Shown here one piece after another: positions 1 to 9,068 of a stretch of 64,000 bases of DNA; the first letter of the stretch is position 1; every line of letters begins with the position of its first letter. The notes below the pieces were generated by a model. The model made no database searches, was not told where the DNA came from, and worked only from the letters and a program-made list of their open reading frames with translations. Location: contig PNAP01000025.1 of NCBI GenBank assembly GCA_003169735.1, positions 179-64,178 of the forward strand, in the 5' to 3' direction. Source of the stretch: Chloroflexota bacterium. Lineage in GTDB: Bacteria > Chloroflexota > Limnocylindria > Limnocylindrales > CSP1-4. The position numbers and the translations under genes are program-made.

Positions 1-296
1 GTGCCGAGCGAGGTGACGATGGTGGCGCATGTGCCATCGCCGGCGGGGGCAGCTGGCGGCGAGGCGAGCGGCGTCGCTTCGGGCGGGCCGCTCGGGCGCG
101 CGGTGGCAGCTGCCAGCGGCGTGGTCGAGCACGTCCCCGGCGCGTAGGTCGGGGACGGCCCCGTGGACGTCGGGACCGGCTCGGACGTAGGCCCAGGGGT
201 GATGTGAGGCTTGGAGCTGAACACCGTGCAGCCGGTCGCAACGACGACCACCACGATGGCCAGGGCGGCGATGTTCGGGAGTCGGCGTCGAGACAT
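1..296 (-). CDS. Lipoprotein, N-terminal fragment; the gene runs off the window start
   Basis: Reverse-strand ATG at 296-294 with GAGG 8 nt upstream; translation MSRRRLPNIAALAIVVVVVATGCTVFSS gives a signal peptide with an ATGC lipobox, followed by a Pro/Thr-rich linker. It is not in the ORF track because no stop lies within the window. Confidence 0.5.
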   Translation of the reverse strand, partial: MSRRRLPNIAALAIVVVVVATGCTVFSSKPHITPGPTSEPVPTSTGPSPTYAPGTCSTTPLAAATARPSGPPEATPLASPPAAPAGDGTCATIVTSLG

Positions 297-321
297 CCGA
301 TCGGACCTCATTTGTGCTGGG

Positions 322-1026
322 CTATGCCGCGGCGGCAACGGCGGCGGTGAGATCGATGGTGCCGGTGAAGAGGACCTCGCCGAGGATCACCGCGGCCACC
401 CCGACGTCCCGCATCCGGGAGACCGTGGCCAGTTCGGTGATGCCGCCCGCGACCAGGATCTCGCCGTCAACCGTACGGCAAAGCGCGCCGAGGCGCTCAA
501 GGTCGGGCTGCGCGCCACCGTGCGAGACGATGAAGCGGTGCACGCCGGCGGCCGCGAGTTCGGCGACGAACTCGGCCAGTGTCGGCGCCACCGCTCGCCG
601 CCACGGATACGCGGCCAGCCGCTCGGGGCGCGCGTCAAGGCCGACGGCCAGCCAATCGCCGCCGACCCGCACGCACGCGGCCAGTCGATCGGCCGCATCG
701 GCCACGATCCACGAGGGGATCACGACGCGAGTCGCACCGGCCGCGAAGGCCAGCTCGATCTGGTCCGGGCCGTCGATGCCGCCGGCCAGCTGGAGTGGCG
801 TGGCCACGGCCCGCGCCACGGCCTGGATGGCATCCGTGTTGACAGGCCGTCCGGCGGCTGCGCCATCGAGGTCGACGAGATGCACCAAGGGCGCCCCGGC
901 CTCCACGAACGAGCGGCAGATCCGATCGGGTCGGTCGGTTGGGGAACCCGCTCCGGTCGCGGCGCCCGGCCAGAACACCAACCGCGATCGCCCAGCCTGG
1001 AGGTCGATGCTGGGGATGACCTGCAC
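322..1026 (-). CDS. hisA: HisA/PriA: 1-(5-phosphoribosyl)-5-[(5-phosphoribosylamino)methylideneamino]imidazole-4-carboxamide isomerase
   Basis: The C-terminal 235 aa of ORF 322..1440 begins VQVIPSIDLQAGRSRLV, the classic HisA N-terminus, and has a TIM-barrel HisA-like sequence throughout. The longer N-terminal extension overlaps the upstream gene, so the GTG at 1026 was chosen as start. Confidence 0.8.
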   Translation of the reverse strand: MQVIPSIDLQAGRSRLVFWPGAATGAGSPTDRPDRICRSFVEAGAPLVHLVDLDGAAAGRPVNTDAIQAVARAVATPLQLAGGIDGPDQIELAFAAGATRVVIPSWIVADAADRLAACVRVGGDWLAVGLDARPERLAAYPWRRAVAPTLAEFVAELAAAGVHRFIVSHGGAQPDLERLGALCRTVDGEILVAGGITELATVSRMRDVGVAAVILGEVLFTGTIDLTAAVAAAA

Positions 1027-1036
1027 GCGACCGCCG

Positions 1037-2758
1037 TCAGGCCGAGGCTGACACGCCCACCGCGCTGGGCAGGGTCGGGCCGCCGCCCTCGCCGGCCAGC
1101 AGGCGCCGATGAAAGCTGACGGGCAAGCTGCCCGAGTAGAGCAGCGCGTCATGGAAGTCGCGCAGCGAGAAGCGGTCGCCGAGCCGGCGCCGCTCGTCCT
1201 CGCGCAGCCGCAGCAGCAGGACCTTGCCGAGCAGGTAGCTGAGCTGGTACGTCGGGGTCGAGGTGTAGCGGTGCACCTCGGCTGTCGCGTTGGGCCGCTC
1301 GAAGCCGGTGTGCGCGACCAGGAAGTCGATGGCGTCATCGACGCCGATCTCGCCGCGGTGAAGCTGGACGTCCAGGATGATCCGGCACGAGCGCCAGATC
1401 GCGTCCGTGTACATGACCACGCGGTGGGCGGGCGTGGCATCGAAGCCCTGCTCGCGCATCATCTGCTCCGAGTACATGCCCCAGCCCTCCGTGAACTCGG
1501 GCGCGTCGATCATCGCCCGGGCCAGGCTCGGGTGGTAGTTGGCTGCCGAGAGCTGCTGGTGGTGACCGGGGTACGCCTCGTGGATGCTCGTGTTGCTGAT
1601 CGAGGCGTAGTTGTGTTCGCGCATCGCGCGCGCGTCGCCGTCGACCGAGGGCGTGACGATGTAGATGCCGCGCGGATCCCGGTCGAACCTGGCCGGCGAG
1701 AAATAGGCCGCGAACGGCATCACGCGACGCAGGTACTCGGGCGTGGGGATGACCGAGAGGCTCTCCGGCGGCACGGTCGCCAGGCCGTGCTCGATGATGT
1801 GGTCGCGGGCGCGGAACATCGCCTCGCGGTATCCATCGAGCGCCTCTTCGAACGTCGCGGGATGGTCGCTCTTGAGGCGATCGATGACCTCGTCCTCACT
1901 GGCATCGGGGTCGACCTCGCGGGCCGCGGCACGCCGGCCGTCGTGGTTGAAGGCCAGCTGCTGGTGGCCGATCTCGAGGATCTCATCGGTGGTCAGGCCA
2001 TCGAAGGCCCGCAGCCCGATGAGCTCGTCATAGGCCTCCCGACCAAGGGCGAAGTCGTCCACCGACCGGGCGATGACCTCCTTCACCCACCCGCCATAGG
2101 CCTCGAGCGCCTGGCTGGCCGTATCGGCTGCCTTCGCGAGTCGCCGCTGCTCCGCGCTTCCCTCGGCGAATTCGGAAGCGCCGGCCGACACGATCTCGCC
2201 GAACAGTCCGGGGAGAGACTGCGCCGAGTCCAGCTCCAATTCGTTCCAGAGACGGACGGGGCGGTCGCCGATGCGCGTCTTGGCCTGCTCGATCGCCGCC
2301 GGCGCCGCCTCGAGTCGAGCGGCCATCGACATCAGCCGTTCGGACAGCGGCGCAAAGTCGCGCGCGAACAGGAGGAAGAGGTCGTCGCCGATCTCATCGC
2401 AGGCCGCAGCGCGACGTTCCCACACCCGATGGACGTCGGCATCGAAGATCGAGCGCTTTGCCGACATGACCGACAACTCGCGCTCGAACCGCTCGGCCGG
2501 CGACATCGCGTCGGCGTCAAGGGCTTCGAGATCGGCCAGGAACCGCCGCTCCTCGGCCAGCTCGGCAAGGACCGCATCGCGCGACAGGTCGGCCAGCCGC
2601 TCGTCCTCGGTGTGGACCCCGAAGTAGGTGGCGAATCCCGGATGAGCGCGCAACACCCGGTCGAATCGCTGCCGGACCAGTTCCTGGTGGCGTCGGTCGG
2701 CGCCCTGGACGTCCGCCGGGATGGGCGGCAGCACGCTGCTCGGATCAGACACGGGCAA
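1037..2758 (-). CDS. DUF885 family protein (putative HExxH metallo-hydrolase)
   Basis: 573-aa ORF carrying a HEAYPGHH motif and the overall DUF885-like architecture. Confidence 0.65.
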   Translation of the reverse strand: MPVSDPSSVLPPIPADVQGADRRHQELVRQRFDRVLRAHPGFATYFGVHTEDERLADLSRDAVLAELAEERRFLADLEALDADAMSPAERFERELSVMSAKRSIFDADVHRVWERRAAACDEIGDDLFLLFARDFAPLSERLMSMAARLEAAPAAIEQAKTRIGDRPVRLWNELELDSAQSLPGLFGEIVSAGASEFAEGSAEQRRLAKAADTASQALEAYGGWVKEVIARSVDDFALGREAYDELIGLRAFDGLTTDEILEIGHQQLAFNHDGRRAAAREVDPDASEDEVIDRLKSDHPATFEEALDGYREAMFRARDHIIEHGLATVPPESLSVIPTPEYLRRVMPFAAYFSPARFDRDPRGIYIVTPSVDGDARAMREHNYASISNTSIHEAYPGHHQQLSAANYHPSLARAMIDAPEFTEGWGMYSEQMMREQGFDATPAHRVVMYTDAIWRSCRIILDVQLHRGEIGVDDAIDFLVAHTGFERPNATAEVHRYTSTPTYQLSYLLGKVLLLRLREDERRRLGDRFSLRDFHDALLYSGSLPVSFHRRLLAGEGGGPTLPSAVGVSASA

Positions 2759-3854
2759 GCTCCTTGTCGGGGGCGAAGGCGACGCTCAGCGCCCGGCGCG
2801 TCGCGTCGATGGTGCGGTCGATGTCGGCAGCGGTGATGCCGTAGTGAGGCACGGCGCGGACTCGGCCATCGTGGAAATCGATCATCAGCACGCCTTCGGC
2901 CTCGAGCGCCGCGAGGAAGGCGGTGCTGTGGGCGATGGTCGGCGTCGCCCCGGGCGGACCGACCCAGAACAGGACGAAGTTGGTACGGACTTGCGTCGGA
3001 TCCAGGCCGCTGATACCCGGCAGGGTGGCCAGCGCCTCGGCCAGCCGGCGCGCATTGGCGTGATCCTCGGCGAGGCGCGCGACCATGCCGTCCGGGCCAT
3101 CGCTGAGTGCCACGAGGCCGGCCGCAGCGAGGATGCCGGCCTGGCGCATACCGCCGCCGAGCATCTTGCGCGCGCGGCGCGCCCGCCAGATGAAGTCACG
3201 TTCCCCGACGACGAGCGAACCGACGGGGCAGGCGAGACCCTTCGAGAGGCAGAAGCTGGCGGAATCGGCGCCGGCCAGCATCTCGCGGGCCGTCGTGTCC
3301 AGCGCCACGACCGCGTTGAACAGCCGCGCTCCGTCGATGTGGAGAGGTACACCCCGCTCCCGGGCCACGTCACCGACGGCCCGGATGTACTCGGGCGGCA
3401 GAGGCTGGGCCATCGAATCGGAATGGGTGTTCTCGACGATCACGAGCGAGGTGATCGGGTCGTGGACGTCGGTCGGATCGCGGAACGCGGCACGAATGTC
3501 GTCCAGGTCCATCCGTCCGTCGGGGCCCCAGGGGAGCGTTCTCATCGACGCTCCGACGACGACCGCATGGTTGGCAGCCTCGTGCAGGATGGTATGGCCG
3601 CCCTCGCCACAGATGATCTCGCCGCCGCGCGGCACGTGCGCCATCTCGCTGACGAGATTGCCCATCGTGCCGCTCGTCACGAAGAGTGCCGCTTCCTTGC
3701 CGGTCAGCTCGGCGGCACGCGCCTCGAGGGCGTTGACGGTCGGGTCATCGCCGAAGACGTCATCGCCGACTTCGGCGTCGGCCATGGCGCGGCGCATCGC
3801 CGGCGTGGGATGGGTCACCGTGTCGGAGCGAAGGTCGATGGGAGCGGCTGCCAT
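2745..3854 (-). CDS. ltaE: Low-specificity L-threonine aldolase
   Basis: [40 protein letters not shown] and the downstream PLP-fold motifs match threonine aldolase. The first ATG (3854) was chosen over the TTG at 3983, whose 43-aa extension is Arg/Gly-rich with no recognisable homology. Confidence 0.85.
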   Translation of the reverse strand: MAAAPIDLRSDTVTHPTPAMRRAMADAEVGDDVFGDDPTVNALEARAAELTGKEAALFVTSGTMGNLVSEMAHVPRGGEIICGEGGHTILHEAANHAVVVGASMRTLPWGPDGRMDLDDIRAAFRDPTDVHDPITSLVIVENTHSDSMAQPLPPEYIRAVGDVARERGVPLHIDGARLFNAVVALDTTAREMLAGADSASFCLSKGLACPVGSLVVGERDFIWRARRARKMLGGGMRQAGILAAAGLVALSDGPDGMVARLAEDHANARRLAEALATLPGISGLDPTQVRTNFVLFWVGPPGATPTIAHSTAFLAALEAEGVLMIDFHDGRVRAVPHYGITAADIDRTIDATRRALSVAFAPDKELARV

Positions 3855-3997
3855 GGGCGGCGAGGATAGCGCAGCGGGCCCGGGCCGGCCGCTTGACACG
3901 CCGGCCGCTCGACAGCCGAGTCGATATGACCGAGGAGTAGCATGCCCGACATCGGGCGCCGACCCGGCAGCCCGGCGCAGCAAGGTGGGGCCTCGTC

Positions 3998-5131
3998 ATG
4001 ATCGACGTTTCGCGGCGATCCCTTCTGGTCGTTCCAAGCGCAGTCGCGCTCGCCATCGTGCTCATCGCGGCACCGGTCGCGGCCATCACGTGGGTCAAGA
4101 CGACCCTCGCGGTCGAGACCGGGCTCGCTCTCCAGGACGCGGCGTTCTCCGGCCACGACGTGGCGATCGCCTGGCAGGGGCCGGGGCCGGTCACGAACGT
4201 GAGCACCAGCACCAACGACGGCTCATCGTTCGGCACGACGCATGCGGTCGAGAGCGGGGCTCCGACGCGTCAGGCGTCGACCGTCCTGTGCGGCAGCGAT
4301 CTGTACGTCGCCTACGCCTGGAACATCACCTTCGGCGGCACGCCACAGCAGTGGATCATCTATGTCGACCTTGACTCGGCGTCCGGGGCGAACCACGGGT
4401 ACACCATCGGCTGGGAGAATCAGGTAGCCAATGGTCGATACCCGGAGATCGCCTGCGCCGGGCAGGAGTTGTTCGTGTCCTGGGAACAGAAGGTCGGCAG
4501 CGACTGGCATGTGTTCGTCAACTTCGCGCCGCGCTCGAATCCCATCTTCAGCCTGAACCCGTTCGACCTCGGTGTCATCGGTTCGGATGCCGGCATCCCG
4601 GTCATTGCCGGTGACAACAACCATGCCTACGTCGCCTGGTCGAACTCCAGCGGCGCCATCCGCCTCCATCGGTGGAGCGTCGGGCCCGGCACGCTCACCG
4701 ATCTCGGCGAGCGGCAGATCGGTGCCGGCCCGACAGCTGGCGTGCCGCGCATCGCCGCCGTCGGCGGCAAGGTCGCCGTCGCCTGGTTCGACTGCGGCGA
4801 CATGCGCGCCCGAGTCAGCAATGATCACGGTGCGACGTGGGGCGCGGTCACGACCATCTTCACGGGCGCGTGCGGCAGCGAGTTCGGCGGCATCCCGAAC
4901 AGCGTCGCGATCGATGGTTCGCGCGTGCTCGTCGCGTACTACTGGTTCCAGGGCCTCGACCAGAAGGAGCGGATGATCTCGACCACGAGCGACTTTGGCA
5001 GCTTCAGCGACAGCCTGGCGTATGGCACGAGCGATCAGCTGCTGCTCGGCTTCGTCCATCCGTCCGGCGTGAGCAAGATCGCCGGGGCGGTCGACGAGGG
5101 CACGCGATTGCGTTACCTGCGCCAACCCTGA
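3998..5131 (+). CDS. Secreted BNR/Asp-box repeat protein (sialidase-like beta-propeller)
   Basis: N-terminal signal peptide; Asp-box SNDHGATW plus repeated xxVAW/YVAW blade-like segments; AAGGTGGGG Shine-Dalgarno upstream of the ATG. Confidence 0.6.
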   Translation: MIDVSRRSLLVVPSAVALAIVLIAAPVAAITWVKTTLAVETGLALQDAAFSGHDVAIAWQGPGPVTNVSTSTNDGSSFGTTHAVESGAPTRQASTVLCGSDLYVAYAWNITFGGTPQQWIIYVDLDSASGANHGYTIGWENQVANGRYPEIACAGQELFVSWEQKVGSDWHVFVNFAPRSNPIFSLNPFDLGVIGSDAGIPVIAGDNNHAYVAWSNSSGAIRLHRWSVGPGTLTDLGERQIGAGPTAGVPRIAAVGGKVAVAWFDCGDMRARVSNDHGATWGAVTTIFTGACGSEFGGIPNSVAIDGSRVLVAYYWFQGLDQKERMISTTSDFGSFSDSLAYGTSDQLLLGFVHPSGVSKIAGAVDEGTRLRYLRQP

Positions 5132-5192
5132 GGCCGGCCGGGTCGCCGCGGCCGCACGGCCCCGACTTCCTGTTATCCTCGCTGTCCGCCGC

Positions 5193-5269
5193 GGGCCCGT
5201 GGTGTAGCGGCCCAACATGCCAGCCTGTCACGCTGGAGATCGCCGGTTCGAATCCGGTCGGGCCCGCCA
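5193..5269 (+). tRNA. tRNA-Asp (anticodon GTC)
   Basis: Cloverleaf readable directly. Acceptor stem GGGCCCG/CGGGCCC, U8, anticodon stem CCAGC/GCTGG with loop CTGTCAC (GTC), T-loop GGTTCGAAT, discriminator G, and an encoded CCA. Confidence 0.9.
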
Positions 5270-5351
5270 GCTTCTTCTTGACCGTATTCTTTCGCGTCTC
5301 CGTGGCGCCGGTTTCCACCGCCACTGACGCCTTGCGCCGTCCGCGGTTACG

Positions 5352-7175
5352 ATGCGGCGCGATGTCCCGACCGTCTCGACGCAACGGCCGATGAGCGCGC
5401 CTGATCGCACGCCGTCCCCAGGCGGCACCACCACGAACGGCGGAACCAGCGCCACGACGTCCAAGGTCCTGGTCATCATCCTGGTGGTCCTCTTCCTGGT
5501 CGCGAGCGTCGGCTTCTACTTCATGGTTCAGGACCAGCCGCTGCTCGACGCCACGCCGACCCCATCGGGGCTGACGGGCGCCGCCTCGCCGACACCGACC
5601 GGCGCACCGGGCACGAGTTCGGCCCCGAACGCGAGCGGCAGCCCGGTAGCGACTCCGCCCGCCAGCGGTGGCGCCAACCCGACGCCGACCCCGAGCGGCA
5701 GCCCGTCACCGACGCCGACGACCCCGCCGGCGCTGGTCGAGACGGACATGCCGATCGTTCCCGTGGTCGACTTCTGGGGAACGGACCCCGGGCTTTCCAA
5801 GAGCGACTTGACGGACGCGCTCGAGGGTCACAGTGCGAAGTACCCGACGGTCATCGTCCCGACCGAGGATCGCGGCGCCATCGCCGCCGCGGCCGGCGTG
5901 ACCATCGCCGACTCTGTCCAGAGCGGCGACGCGGCGGCCATCGATGCCGCGGTCAAGACCGGGGCTCTCGGCTTCCTGCGCGCGGCCGACGTCACCGCGC
6001 TCGTCCACGCGGTCCCGCTCGAGGGCAAGCAGCTCTTCGGCGAGGACCGCGTCAAGAGCGTCGCCGACTGGCCGCTCACCATCCATGTCACCGAGACAGC
6101 GGACCGCGTCTGGGACCAGTCCGCAACGTGGACACTGCTGGCGGGCGGCGACATGATCCTCGACCGCGGCATCTACGCGCGGGTCGTCAACCAGCACAAG
6201 GGTCTGAACTACCCGTTCGATGGTGGCACGGCCGTGGTCACCGGCCGGCATTGCTGTGGCACGTACTTCGGCTACGGGGCGTTCGACGTGCCCGACTTCC
6301 ATCTCACCGGCAACGCTGGCGCCGTTCGGTCGCTCGTCCAGAACGCCGACCTCGCCATCGCCAACCTGGAAGACCCGACGCCCGACAACTGGATCTTCCA
6401 CGTCTTCGGCATCCCATTCTCGGGTGACCCGGCGCTCCTCCAGATGTTCACCAACGCCGGTATCGACTGGGTGACGATCGCCAACAACCACATCGACGAT
6501 TACGGCGCGTCGGGCATCAAGGACACCATGCGCCACCTGCCCGAGTACGGCCTCCAGTTCGCCGGAGCGGGCCTGAACATCGACCAGGCCAGCCAGTACT
6601 CGGTGCTCGACGTGCACGGCGTCAAGGTCGCCATCCTGCCCTGCGTGGCGGTCTTCCCCTCGGAGTGGGCGAAGGGGTCCTCCAAGGCCGGCGGCATGCC
6701 GTGCACCGATCCACGGATGATCCCCAACATCCAGAAGGCCGCGGCGGAGGACGACTTCGTCATCGTCTTCCCCCACTGGGGCATCGAATACACCCTCGTG
6801 CCCATCGATTCCGAGCGGAAGCTGGCCGCCCAGTTCATGGCCGCCGGCGCGGACCTGATCCTCGGCGCGCACCCGCATGTCGCGCAGGCGGTCGAGGACA
6901 TCAACGGCAAGCTGGTCTTCTACTCGATGGGCAACTTCGTGTTCGACCAGAACTGGGCCGAGATCACCATGGAAGGCCTGCTCGTGGAATCGACCTTCGA
7001 GGGCAAGCACCTCATGCAGACGCAGATGCTGCCCATCATCGATGCCGATCAGTCCCAGCCCAACCTGCTCGACCCGAACGGCTCGGGCAAGATCGTCCTG
7101 CAACGGATGGAGAAAGCGTCGCATGCCCTCGGCGGGCATGGCGTCAGCGACGTCGACCGACCCCGTATCGCATGA
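5352..7175 (+). CDS. CapA family protein (PGA_cap metallophosphatase-like), membrane-anchored, paralog 1
   Basis: N-terminal TM helix, Pro/Thr-rich linker, then a CapA domain with ANNHIDDYG (GNHE-like), FPHWGIEY and FYSMGNFVFDQ motifs. The ATG at 5391 is an alternative start. Confidence 0.8.
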   Translation: MRRDVPTVSTQRPMSAPDRTPSPGGTTTNGGTSATTSKVLVIILVVLFLVASVGFYFMVQDQPLLDATPTPSGLTGAASPTPTGAPGTSSAPNASGSPVATPPASGGANPTPTPSGSPSPTPTTPPALVETDMPIVPVVDFWGTDPGLSKSDLTDALEGHSAKYPTVIVPTEDRGAIAAAAGVTIADSVQSGDAAAIDAAVKTGALGFLRAADVTALVHAVPLEGKQLFGEDRVKSVADWPLTIHVTETADRVWDQSATWTLLAGGDMILDRGIYARVVNQHKGLNYPFDGGTAVVTGRHCCGTYFGYGAFDVPDFHLTGNAGAVRSLVQNADLAIANLEDPTPDNWIFHVFGIPFSGDPALLQMFTNAGIDWVTIANNHIDDYGASGIKDTMRHLPEYGLQFAGAGLNIDQASQYSVLDVHGVKVAILPCVAVFPSEWAKGSSKAGGMPCTDPRMIPNIQKAAAEDDFVIVFPHWGIEYTLVPIDSERKLAAQFMAAGADLILGAHPHVAQAVEDINGKLVFYSMGNFVFDQNWAEITMEGLLVESTFEGKHLMQTQMLPIIDADQSQPNLLDPNGSGKIVLQRMEKASHALGGHGVSDVDRPRIA

Positions 7176-8968
7176 CGAGACGGGATCCGAGCGTCCCTTC
7201 TCGACCGCAGGCGACGCCGCGACACGATCCGCGCCTCCCCCGCGCACCCCGCAACGGGCCGGCCATCGGCCAGATCCTGGTCGCGGTCACCTTCCTGGCG
7301 ATGCTCGTCGGCACGGCCGGGTTCGTTTTCGCCGCCCTGCATCCAGGTCCGTCGCCGAAGCCCGCGCCATCCGGTCTGACCGCTGCCGGCACCACACCGG
7401 GCCCGACCTCGCCGGGTACGAGCGCGCCGGGGTCGAGCGTGGCGGCCGCGGACCAGCCGGACTCTGCGCCACCGTCCGGATCGGCGCCTTCGGGTGCGCC
7501 GGCACCATCTGACTCAGCGTCCCCAGGGCCCACCGCGACGCCGACGCCGGCGCCGACGCCCGGTTCGGGCGGATCGCTGATGCCCATCGTGCCGGTGGTG
7601 AGTTTCTGGGACGTCGGGCCGGGTCTATCCCGCGCCGACCTGACCGCCGCGCTGCAAGGTCAGAGCAGCCGCTATCCCACCGTCATCGTGCCCAGCGCCG
7701 ATCGTGACGCCATCGCCGCGGCACTTGGCGTGACCATCGCCGATGCGGTCACGAGCGGCACTGCGGACGACATCCGCGCCGCGGTCAAGGACGGCGCCCT
7801 CGGCTTGCTGCGTGCAACGGACGTCACGCCGCAGGTGCGCGCGCTGCCGCTCGACGGCAAGGACCTGTTCGGCAACGACCGCGTCGCCAAGACCGCCGAT
7901 TGGCCGCTCTCGATCCCCATCGCCGACGCGTCAGCAGCAGCCTGGGACCAGGGCGCGTCGTGGACGCTGGTCGCCGGTGGCGACATCGTGCTAGACCGGG
8001 GCACCTACCTGAAGGTCGTCAAGGACGGCAAGGGCGTCACCTACCCCTTCGATGGTGGGACCGCCCAGGTGACCGGCCGCCACTGTTGCGGCTGGTTCAC
8101 CGAACTGGGCAAATACGACATCCCGGATTACGTCCAGACGGGCAACGCGGGGGTCGTCCGATCGCTCGTCAGCGGCGCCGACCTGACCATCGCCAACCTC
8201 GAGGACCCGACTCCCGACGATTGGGTCTATCACGCTCACGGCCTGCCGTTCTCGGGCGATCCGGCTCTCCTGTCGATGCTCTCGGGCGCCGGCATCGACT
8301 TCGTCACCCTCGCGAACAACCACATCGAGGACTACGGCACCAGCGGCATCAAGGACACTGTCAAGCACCTGCCACAAGCCGGCCTCGCGTTCGCTGGTGC
8401 CGGACTCGATCTCGGCCAGGCCCAGCAGCCGGGCGTGCTCACCGCCGACGGTCAGACGGTCACCATCCTGCCCTGCGTGGCGGTCGATCCGAACGTCTTC
8501 GCCACCGCGAAACGCTCGGGCGGCCGGCCGTGCGATGACCCCCAGCTCATCCCCGACATCCGGGCCGCGGCGGCCAAGCCGGGCGTGGTCATCGTCTTCC
8601 CGCACTGGGGCACCGAGTACGTGTACCCGCCTTCGGGCCTTCAACGCAGCTTCGCCAAGCACTGGCTGGCGGCCGGCGCCGACCTGGTCCTCGGCTCCGG
8701 ACCGCACATCGCCGGCGCGATCGGCGATTTCGGCGGCAAGCTCTGCATCTTCTCGATGGGCAACTTCCTGCTCGACCAGAACTGGGCCGAGATCACGATG
8801 GAAGGGCTGCTCGTGGAGGTCACGTTCAACGGCGACCAGGTCGTCCAGACGCGCCTTCACCCGACGCTGATCCTGGACCTCACCCAGCCCAACCTGCTCG
8901 ACCCGGAGACCACCGCCGTCGTCTACGGGCGGATCGAGAAAGCTTCGAAAGGCATGCTCGACTTCTGA
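7172..8968 (+). CDS. CapA family protein, paralog 2
   Basis: Collinear with paralog 1 along the whole CapA domain (ANNHIEDYG, FPHWGTEY, FSMGNFLLDQ); own TM helix plus PT-rich linker. The start ATG overlaps the paralog-1 stop (ATGA at 7172-7175). It is the internal portion of ORF 6665..8968. Confidence 0.8.
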   Translation: MTRRDPSVPSRPQATPRHDPRLPRAPRNGPAIGQILVAVTFLAMLVGTAGFVFAALHPGPSPKPAPSGLTAAGTTPGPTSPGTSAPGSSVAAADQPDSAPPSGSAPSGAPAPSDSASPGPTATPTPAPTPGSGGSLMPIVPVVSFWDVGPGLSRADLTAALQGQSSRYPTVIVPSADRDAIAAALGVTIADAVTSGTADDIRAAVKDGALGLLRATDVTPQVRALPLDGKDLFGNDRVAKTADWPLSIPIADASAAAWDQGASWTLVAGGDIVLDRGTYLKVVKDGKGVTYPFDGGTAQVTGRHCCGWFTELGKYDIPDYVQTGNAGVVRSLVSGADLTIANLEDPTPDDWVYHAHGLPFSGDPALLSMLSGAGIDFVTLANNHIEDYGTSGIKDTVKHLPQAGLAFAGAGLDLGQAQQPGVLTADGQTVTILPCVAVDPNVFATAKRSGGRPCDDPQLIPDIRAAAAKPGVVIVFPHWGTEYVYPPSGLQRSFAKHWLAAGADLVLGSGPHIAGAIGDFGGKLCIFSMGNFLLDQNWAEITMEGLLVEVTFNGDQVVQTRLHPTLILDLTQPNLLDPETTAVVYGRIEKASKGMLDF

Positions 8969-9014
8969 CCCAGACGGCGACCGGGGCGCGCGAAGGCCTC
9001 CGTGCACGAGAAAA

Positions 9015-9039
9015 GGCCTCGACCCTTGCGGGCCGAGGC
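9015..9039. terminator. Hairpin between convergent capA-2 and S53 peptidase genes (likely bidirectional terminator)
   Basis: GGCCTCGACCC-ttgc-GGGCCGAGGC forms a 10-bp stem with one mismatch. On the minus strand it is followed by TTTTCTCG. Confidence 0.5.
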
Positions 9040-9068
9040 TTCCCAATGGGGATGTTCGAGGGTCGGCG

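Noticed and set aside
1027-1440. N-terminal extension of ORF 322..1440 (hisA)
   Set aside because: It overlaps the DUF885 gene on the same strand and has no HisA homology. The GTG at 1026 immediately precedes the conserved VQVIPSIDL start.
1109-2836. 575-aa plus-strand ORF
   Set aside because: It is antisense to the DUF885 gene and its translation is low-complexity.
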